From a virus (taxonomy: Duplodnaviria > Caudoviricetes), in the IMG/VR virus record IMGVR_UViG_3300027833_001621, positions 1 to 54,115 of that record: 54,115 bases of DNA. One strand, 5' to 3'. Below the pieces are notes generated by a model. It did no database searches, had not been told where the DNA came from, and saw only the letters and a program-made list of their open reading frames with translations. The translations under genes were made by a program, and so were the position numbers. This document shows, in pieces, positions 47,394-54,115 of the stretch. Every line of letters starts with the position of its first letter. Within the stretch, counting starts at the first letter, position 1.

Positions 47394-48723
47394 TCTATAT
47401 TACGATAAAATTATAGATGAAATGCCAGTGCCTAATGGTGTGTCAGACTACACATTTAGTAATGATACTTATAGAATCCCTATGAATAAGTCTAAGGCAT
47501 CACCGATTAATTTTATTACAATATTGTTTAATACATTAAAGGTACTAAACGTAGAACGAGTTAACTTATTTTCTGGTAAAGAAACAGCAAAGAATTTGTT
47601 TTATCCTTTAGAATTAAATGAAGGCACTTCTTGGTATGATGCTGAATTTGAAGACTATATTCCTGTTAAATCTATTAATAAGATTAAAAAGGGAAAAATG
47701 AAGTTATTGATATTTGCTCCAACGTTATCGCATGACTATAGTATTATGTGGAAACTACGGACAAAGCTCGATACTTTAGGTAGCAAAGGCATTACACGAG
47801 ATAAGATTTATATTGTATTAGGTGATATGAGTAGATCATACAGAAGATGCTTTGATAATCCAAACGTATACGGAATTGACTGGTGGCAAATATATGCACA
47901 ACTTGCATATAAAAGTAGATACCATCAAGAAGATTACTTTTGGGCTTTTAGAAATCCAACATTTCATCCTTTAATGCCAGAACAACTTGAGAAAGAAGAC
48001 TTTAAATTTGAAGATTGGAAACCTAAGCGCATATTTACGGCATTTACTGGTAATAGAGCATTGCACAACACAGCACTTATTAGTGAATTGATATACGCAG
48101 GACTTGATGTTCACGGTGAATATAGTTATAATTTAAATGGTGACCTAACTCCTAAAGATTATGATAATTTTAGAATAATTGATAAAACTCGTAGTGACGA
48201 TTACATTACAAAAAAGAAAGAAATAGTTAATAACTTAACATTTGTAAAAAAACTTGACAAGACACTAGAAGAAATATCAGCTCGTCCTTTAAATGTTGAT
48301 AAAGAGTATTATCAAGATAGTCTTATTTCTATTGTTAGCGGTTCTTTCTCTCCAATGTTTGATCAACACTACTTAGATGAAATTGATGTATGTGCGCCTG
48401 GGCTTGGTGTATGGCGTCAAATAGCCAAAGGGCACCCATTCATGGCGCTCGGTTGTTTAAATACTATGGGATACGTAAGCGGTGAAGGATATTTTCTTCC
48501 TAACCCGATCACAAATCAGTTTTATGATAGAGTTGCAAAAACTCCTCAAAAAGTTAAACTAATGTGTGATAGTATTAGTAGAATGGCAGAACTTAGTGAA
48601 ACTGAAATACAGGATAAGGTACAAGAATTAATACCCTTTATGGAAAAAAATAAACAGAAGTTTTTCAATATGAAGAATCAACGTAAATTTGAAAAACTAT
48701 TCGGAGAAATGAATTATGAATGA
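47365..48723 (+). CDS. Hypothetical protein, possibly GT-B-like
   Basis: 452 aa. C-terminal ISIVS...IAKGHPFMALG loosely resembles phage glycosyltransferase-like proteins; function uncertain. Confidence 0.45.
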   Translation: MMIPLRPTINLYYDKIIDEMPVPNGVSDYTFSNDTYRIPMNKSKASPINFITILFNTLKVLNVERVNLFSGKETAKNLFYPLELNEGTSWYDAEFEDYIPVKSINKIKKGKMKLLIFAPTLSHDYSIMWKLRTKLDTLGSKGITRDKIYIVLGDMSRSYRRCFDNPNVYGIDWWQIYAQLAYKSRYHQEDYFWAFRNPTFHPLMPEQLEKEDFKFEDWKPKRIFTAFTGNRALHNTALISELIYAGLDVHGEYSYNLNGDLTPKDYDNFRIIDKTRSDDYITKKKEIVNNLTFVKKLDKTLEEISARPLNVDKEYYQDSLISIVSGSFSPMFDQHYLDEIDVCAPGLGVWRQIAKGHPFMALGCLNTMGYVSGEGYFLPNPITNQFYDRVAKTPQKVKLMCDSISRMAELSETEIQDKVQELIPFMEKNKQKFFNMKNQRKFEKLFGEMNYE

Positions 48724-49981
48724 CGATTTAAAAAATAGCCCAGGATTTTGCGTAGCACCCTGGATGCATTTACACGTTATTAATGACGGAAGATCGTTTG
48801 CGTGTTGCCAAACTCCATTGCGTGAAGAAAACAGTTTTGGTAATGTTAAGCATGAAAAGTTAATAGACATAGTCAATAGTCCTCGCGCTAAGAAAATGCG
48901 TAAGGATATGCTAGACGGAAAGCCTTTGCCTAGTGCATGTGAACGTTGTGTGTCAAAGCAACAAAATAATTTAAACACTATGCGTACTGGTTTAAATTCT
49001 AAATGGTACGATGAAACTAAAGACCTAATTGCAAAAACAGCCGAAGACGGTACACTATCAGAACTACAATTAAAATACTGGGACTTTAGATTTAGTAACT
49101 ATTGTAACCTTGCATGTACAACTTGCTCACCATTGTTTAGTACACAATGGTCTAAAGACTTTCAAAAACTACACCCAGGTGCTGACAAGTACAGTGAAAC
49201 TCAACTTATTGATCTAAAAGAAGCAAATGTTTTTTGGGATGACATTGAAGACAATTTAGAAACAATGAAAGAAATACATTTTGCCGGAGGCGAGCCGTTG
49301 ATTATGCCTGAGCATTGGCGCATTCTTGATATGCTTGACAAAAGAAAAAAATACGATATTGCATTGCGTTATAGCACAAACGGCACAACATTAGGCCAAA
49401 AGAAACAAAACGTAATGGAAATGTGGAAGAAGTTTGATTATGTACACCTAAGTATAAGTATTGACGGCGAAGGCGATGCCTTTGAGCATATTCGATATAA
49501 AGGAAAATGGAAGCAAACATTAGAAAACCTTAAAACTATTAGAGCTAGTGGTGCTGTTGATTTCTGGTTCCATCCTACTGTTAGTATTCTTAATATATTT
49601 AGACTTACTGAATTGCATCACGAACTACACATAAATGATCTAATGCCATTAGAGTCAGTGCATCCATTGCGAGGGTTCCATATGGAAAATTATTGGATTG
49701 ATAGATTCCATATCAATCCGTTGTTTACACCTGAGTATTATAGTATTACTGTATTACCCGAATTGTTAAAAGAACAAGCAGCTGATAAAATTACAAAATA
49801 TGGTAAGAAGTTAGAAGCTGATACTGGTATACCATTTAGTGGATGGCAAAATATTATAGACTTTATGTATCAACATGATAACAGTCATTTGTGGAAACAG
49901 TTTAAATGGAAGTCTAAGCAAATTGATGACATAAGAAATACAGATGTATTTGAATTAAATCCGGAATTAAGAAATGCTTAA
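48716..49981 (+). CDS. Radical SAM protein with N-terminal twitch/SPASM-like domain
   Basis: CNLACTTC and FAGGEP core; N-terminal FCVAPW...ACC...FGNV...ACERC. Confidence 0.9.
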   Translation: MNDDLKNSPGFCVAPWMHLHVINDGRSFACCQTPLREENSFGNVKHEKLIDIVNSPRAKKMRKDMLDGKPLPSACERCVSKQQNNLNTMRTGLNSKWYDETKDLIAKTAEDGTLSELQLKYWDFRFSNYCNLACTTCSPLFSTQWSKDFQKLHPGADKYSETQLIDLKEANVFWDDIEDNLETMKEIHFAGGEPLIMPEHWRILDMLDKRKKYDIALRYSTNGTTLGQKKQNVMEMWKKFDYVHLSISIDGEGDAFEHIRYKGKWKQTLENLKTIRASGAVDFWFHPTVSILNIFRLTELHHELHINDLMPLESVHPLRGFHMENYWIDRFHINPLFTPEYYSITVLPELLKEQAADKITKYGKKLEADTGIPFSGWQNIIDFMYQHDNSHLWKQFKWKSKQIDDIRNTDVFELNPELRNA

Positions 49982-50813
49982 AAAAGATCCTGTTAGAAAT
50001 AATCTACCAGCTTATGCTAAGTTTATGCCTTCTCTTATTAAAACAGTAGAAGACTTAAAACCGTTTGGGTTTTTGAAAAATGATTCTTACAATATAAGAT
50101 TTAATAAAAACCAAGAGTTTGTTGAGATTAAAACTGTACAGGACACAGAGATAGATTCTTACGATAACGATCCCTGGAATTATGTGATAGGAAAACACAA
50201 CTTTAGAGGTTTATGGGATTTCAACGATTCTAAAAAGCGCATTGGATTCTTTGGATGTAGTTTTACCTTTGGTGAAGGTATTAAATATGAAGATACGTTT
50301 ATTAACATTGTAAGCGAACAATTGAAATTAAATCCGTTCAATTTTGGAGCTGCAGGAGCAGGGGTTGAACGAGTTGCAAGGCTTTTTAGTGCAGTTTCTT
50401 CTGTTATTGACCTAGACTATGCAGTAGTTACATTACCGGGATGGCATAGACAATTACACATAGATCCTGACGGCACAATGATTAGTCTTATTCCGCACTG
50501 GCCGCATAAGGGTTACGAAAATCTTACAGACTTATTAACAAATGTGTCTGAAGAATATTATGTTGTTAGAGCATCAACGTCAATTAATTGGATCTATGAT
50601 ATAGCAAAACATAAAGGAATTAAATTAATTCTATCTAGTTGGGATCATCCGCAAAACGAATTTTGTAAGTTAGCATTTCCTAATACCACTATAGGTCCAT
50701 TTCCTAATATTGATGATAAGTGTGCAAGAGATAAAATGCACCCTGGTCCAAAGTCTCAAGCGGCACATGCGGAGCAGATTATAAAGGCATTTCATGATAG
50801 AGCTTGGGTTTAG
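49974..50813 (+). CDS. SGNH/GDSL-like hydrolase or acyltransferase
   Basis: FFGCSFTFGEG (block I), NFGAAGAG (block II), RDKMHPG (DxxHP, block V). Confidence 0.65.
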   Translation: MLKKDPVRNNLPAYAKFMPSLIKTVEDLKPFGFLKNDSYNIRFNKNQEFVEIKTVQDTEIDSYDNDPWNYVIGKHNFRGLWDFNDSKKRIGFFGCSFTFGEGIKYEDTFINIVSEQLKLNPFNFGAAGAGVERVARLFSAVSSVIDLDYAVVTLPGWHRQLHIDPDGTMISLIPHWPHKGYENLTDLLTNVSEEYYVVRASTSINWIYDIAKHKGIKLILSSWDHPQNEFCKLAFPNTTIGPFPNIDDKCARDKMHPGPKSQAAHAEQIIKAFHDRAWV

Positions 50814-51759
50814 AAATATCAATAACGATATTAAGTATATAAAAATTAAACCAGATGATACTGAATTAGCAAACGTATGGCTAAGCCAACTCGATAGGTT
50901 ATTAGAAACACATCAAAAAAAGATATTTCAAAAGAATTTTAGTTTGTTAGGAGTTCATAATAATAATAGAACAGTAGATCATATATGTAATGATTTAGAT
51001 AGAAGTATTGCAACGATTAATTACTATAGTGATTACAAAATAGTAAACAACTTTGGTGCATTGCGTAGTGAAAATAATCAACAATTACTAAATGACTTAC
51101 ATCATCATTTCGAAACAATGCAGGGACAACTTTGGAACCCCGGAAATGAATTAACAAAAGCAAATGGACATACTAGGTTAGCAATTTGTTATCTAAATCA
51201 TTGTTGCCACGAACTCGAAGCATGGTACGAAACAACAGATATAGAAGCAGACGGATATCGCAATGGTTACTTTTATTATAATTTATTAGGTATACAAGAG
51301 CGCATTGAATTAGAACCAAAGTTTAAAAAACAGTTTACTAAAAACGTTGAAGACGGAATGGTGTACTTACATTATGCACAAACTGGTAAAACTTGGTATG
51401 AAGCATATCTTGATAATGATGATGTAGTTACAGCTGATGGTATTTCAGAACATCGTGTAATTAGTGGCGAATTTAATTGTTACTTTGGTACAGGGTATGA
51501 ACTACCGTCTGACGGCAAGTTTACAAGTTGGTTAGAATCAAAAGGAGTTGATCCTAAAGATGAACAACTAGCACTAGGATATGCTCCGGTAGGTAAAATA
51601 CAAAACTTACCTGATTTAGAAGCACAAGAATTTTTTAAAGAGTATACAGACTTTTACAGTATCCAATTTAATCGTAAACGTATCGAGTACGACTTCCGTC
51701 ATAATGACGAAAGTTATATTAACTTGCTTACAGAAATATGGGACAAGTATGGACAGTAA
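50794..51759 (+). CDS. Hypothetical protein
   Basis: 321 aa. His/Glu-rich helical motifs LNDLHHHFE and LNHCCHELE suggest metal binding; family not recognised. Confidence 0.7.
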   Translation: MIELGFRNINNDIKYIKIKPDDTELANVWLSQLDRLLETHQKKIFQKNFSLLGVHNNNRTVDHICNDLDRSIATINYYSDYKIVNNFGALRSENNQQLLNDLHHHFETMQGQLWNPGNELTKANGHTRLAICYLNHCCHELEAWYETTDIEADGYRNGYFYYNLLGIQERIELEPKFKKQFTKNVEDGMVYLHYAQTGKTWYEAYLDNDDVVTADGISEHRVISGEFNCYFGTGYELPSDGKFTSWLESKGVDPKDEQLALGYAPVGKIQNLPDLEAQEFFKEYTDFYSIQFNRKRIEYDFRHNDESYINLLTEIWDKYGQ

Positions 51760-52726
51760 TGTACCTAATTTAGAAAGAGCAGTGGTTGAAGTATTTGGCG
51801 GCTGTAATTACAAATGTCAAATGTGTCCACAGACTACCGGAAGAGGTAAAGAATGGACTCGCAAGATGCCGTTTGAAATGTTTGAAAACATTTTAGATCA
51901 ATTGCCAGGTAAACCTGTAATTAACTTAGAAGGTTCAGGCGAACCAACAATGGCAAAGGATTTACCACGTTACATTGAAGCATGTACTAAGCGTGGCTTG
52001 CCTAGTTTTATGTACAGCAACGGAAGTTTCTTTAGCGGACACTTTATGCAAGACTGTGTAGATGCAGGCCTTAGTTTTGCAAGATTCAGTTGCATAGGCT
52101 ATGACAAAGACAAGTATAAAGAATGGATGGCCGTAGACAATTTTGAACTACTGAAAACAAATGTTATAAAGGCAAAACAGTATATTAAAGAAACTAACAG
52201 CAAGTGCGAAATCAGTAGTTATCATTTAATACTAGATAATAATCAAATAGAATATGAAGTTGATCAATATAGGAATAACTTCATAGGTCCTACAGGTACA
52301 ATAGGATACATATGGAAAATGCACAATTGGAGTGGTAATTATCAGCCATTGTATGTGCGTGATCCTAGTAAGCGTAGAACATGCGGTAGGCCGTTTGCTC
52401 CAGAGATTACAATACGTTCGGGTGGAATTGCAGGATTAAAAGGTGCTGTTACTCCTTGCTGTCAAACAATGGGACCACCTAATGAAAGTAAAAGTGTACT
52501 AGGGCATATTGAAACCACTAGCATAGAAGATATTTGGTATGGTGATGCATATAATAAGTTACGTAAAGATCACGAAATGGGAGACTTTCCGGACTATTGT
52601 CAAGGATGTGATTTCTTATATGAAGACCCTGAAGTATTAGTTTGGAGCAATGATAAAAAAGCAAGTACAGATCACATGTTAGGTACAAACTTTAGTTTGC
52701 GTGACTTTATGATTGACAAAAAATAG
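51749..52726 (+). CDS. Radical SAM protein with C-terminal SPASM/twitch domain
   Basis: CNYKCQMCP, GSGEP; C-terminal TCGRPF...VTPCC...LGHI...YCQGC. ATG 51749 preferred over 51704 for the shorter overlap. Confidence 0.88.
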   Translation: MDSNVPNLERAVVEVFGGCNYKCQMCPQTTGRGKEWTRKMPFEMFENILDQLPGKPVINLEGSGEPTMAKDLPRYIEACTKRGLPSFMYSNGSFFSGHFMQDCVDAGLSFARFSCIGYDKDKYKEWMAVDNFELLKTNVIKAKQYIKETNSKCEISSYHLILDNNQIEYEVDQYRNNFIGPTGTIGYIWKMHNWSGNYQPLYVRDPSKRRTCGRPFAPEITIRSGGIAGLKGAVTPCCQTMGPPNESKSVLGHIETTSIEDIWYGDAYNKLRKDHEMGDFPDYCQGCDFLYEDPEVLVWSNDKKASTDHMLGTNFSLRDFMIDKK

Positions 52727-52741
52727 AAAAGGCTGTATACT
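52713..52741 (+). promoter_or_regulatory. Sigma70-type promoter, probably producing a leaderless mRNA
   Basis: TTGACA (52713-52718), 17 nt spacer, TATACT (52736-52741); ATG at 52748, 6 nt after the -10. Confidence 0.75.
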
Positions 52742-52747
52742 ATATAA

Positions 52748-53413
52748 ATGTATGATATCGTATTCATAAGTTATAATGAACCTAATGCAGATACAAACTG
52801 GCAATTACTAAAAGCTAGATTTGCAAGAGCAAAACGTATTGACGGCGTAAAAGGAATTCATCAGGCACACATTGCCGCCGCTAAGAAATGTTTTACTAAA
52901 ATGTTTTGGGTAGTTGATGCAGATGCACAAATTCTTGATGGATTTAATTTTGATCATAAAGTAGATGAATACGATTTAGAAACTGTACATGTGTGGCGTA
53001 GTCGTAATCCAGTAAACAATTTGTTATACGGATATGGCGGAGTAAAGTTATTACCACGTAAACTTACATTAAACATGGATACTACAAAACCAGACATGAC
53101 TACAAGTATTAGTAAGTATTTTAAAGCAATGCCTGACACATCTAATGTTACAGCATTTAACACAAATGAGTTTGAAGCATGGAAGGGTGCATTTAGAGAA
53201 TGTACTAAACTAGCAAGTAAAACTATAGATAGACAAAACGAGGATGAGACAAATGAAAGATTGCATATTTGGACAACAGTGGGAGAAGACCGTCCCTTCG
53301 GCGAGTACGCTATTAAAGGTGCTATTGCTGGCCGGGAGTATGGGCTTTCTAGCGGCGTTGATATTCGCTTAATAAACGATTTTGATTGGCTAAGGACACA
53401 GTTTGATGACTGA
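52748..53413 (+). CDS. Putative GT-A (GT2-like) glycosyltransferase, paralogue of 43689-44582
   Basis: DIVFISYNEPNA, GIHQAH, FWVVDADA, YGYGGVK, AWKGAFRECTKL. Confidence 0.65.
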   Translation: MYDIVFISYNEPNADTNWQLLKARFARAKRIDGVKGIHQAHIAAAKKCFTKMFWVVDADAQILDGFNFDHKVDEYDLETVHVWRSRNPVNNLLYGYGGVKLLPRKLTLNMDTTKPDMTTSISKYFKAMPDTSNVTAFNTNEFEAWKGAFRECTKLASKTIDRQNEDETNERLHIWTTVGEDRPFGEYAIKGAIAGREYGLSSGVDIRLINDFDWLRTQFDD

Positions 53414-54115
53414 TTACAACAAGATACCTTGGCAAGATATTACTGAGTTTGGACAGAAAACCCTCCTAAAGAGCCATCTTTTCACGGTTTCGTGGATCCT
53501 GGCTAGATTTTGTAATTATTCGTGCAGTTATTGCTGGCCATACGCTAGATCTAGTACCCCTGACCACCAAGATCTAGAATTGTACTTAAACACCCTAGAT
53601 AGTATCAAAGCACAGGCTCGTGCAAACGGCTTTACAGACTTCCATTTTAGTTTCTCAGGAGGCGAACCTACAGCATATAAATACTTTAATAAAGTAGTTG
53701 AGTACTATGCTAACGATGAGCTACCGGAATATCAAAGCATACATATGACAACAAATTTAAGCCCAGGACACAAATGGTGGGCTAATTTTATTGACAATAC
53801 TCAACACCTTAAACGTAGAAGTATAACAGCAAGTTATCATGCAGAGTTTGCAGATGAACAAGAGTTTGGAGATAAATGTCTTCAACTAACAGAAGGAGGA
53901 GTATATGTTACAATCAATCAAGTTATGGTTCCTGAAATGTTCGAAGAGCTTTACGAACGCCTGGAACGATTTGCCGCCAGAGGTATTAACGTCACTCTCA
54001 AGCCCCAGTCCGATCCAACCGCCTCCCACGTGGTACATGGATACACTGAAGACCAGATCACAACAATGCGACAAGGATTCCCTCAGCACTGGAACGGAGA
54101 GCAAATTGCACAAAT
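53406..54115 (+). CDS. Radical SAM protein, partial (runs off the window; absent from the ORF track)
   Basis: Hand translation from ATG 53406: MTDYNKIPWQDITEFGQKTLLKSHLFTVSWILARFCNYSCSYCWPY...FSFSGGEPT...MTTNLS...ITASYH. Confidence 0.85.
   Translation, partial: MTDYNKIPWQDITEFGQKTLLKSHLFTVSWILARFCNYSCSYCWPYARSSTPDHQDLELYLNTLDSIKAQARANGFTDFHFSFSGGEPTAYKYFNKVVEYYANDELPEYQSIHMTTNLSPGHKWWANFIDNTQHLKRRSITASYHAEFADEQEFGDKCLQLTEGGVYVTINQVMVPEMFEELYERLERFAARGINVTLKPQSDPTASHVVHGYTEDQITTMRQGFPQHWNGEQIAQ

Noticed and set aside
53676-53683. Exact TATAAATA inside the last radical SAM gene
   Set aside because: Intragenic with no nearby downstream start visible; could be chance at this AT content.
44579-54115. 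Radical SAM proteins as HemN or Ahb heme-pathway enzymes linked to the hem cassette
   Set aside because: They lack the HemN YxHxPFC motif, are 40 kb away, and are embedded among glycosyltransferase-like genes.
1-54115. CRISPR array, tRNA/rRNA genes, diversity-generating retroelement, stop-codon reassignment, intrinsic terminators
   Set aside because: No spaced repeats, cloverleafs, reverse transcriptase or convincing hairpin-poly(T) were seen by eye. Long ORFs are intact in the standard code, and TAA, TGA and TAG all end genes.

Overview
A 54 kb stretch of a large AT-rich tailed phage genome (T4-like/jumbo myovirus organisation, standard genetic code). It has three modules. (1) Minus strand, 147-6992: a gp55-like late sigma factor, the gp47/gp46 (Mre11/Rad50-like) recombination nuclease, a translationally coupled tetrapyrrole-biosynthesis cassette hemE-hemF-hemC, a small ORF and a GIY-YIG endonuclease, followed by a GC-richer, hairpin-containing non-coding stretch. 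(2) Plus strand, 7070-41044: a contractile-tail baseplate/fibre module (tube initiator-like, gp53, hub, gp5, gp25, gp6, a 5525-aa giant protein, three paralogous fibre proteins, two paralogous structural proteins), preceded by recurrent (A)TAAATA late-promoter motifs. (3) Plus strand, 41100 to the window end: a cluster behind a perfect sigma70 promoter, with four GT-A-like glycosyltransferases, five radical SAM enzymes, an SGNH-like protein and hypotheticals. The most notable items are the phage-borne heme-pathway cassette, a GC-rich zincin-like domain inserted between Pro-rich linkers in the giant baseplate protein, the radical SAM/glycosyltransferase cluster, back-to-back early/late promoters at the late-sigma gene, and several apparently leaderless transcripts. 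All functional calls come from motifs recognised by eye; no database searches were run.
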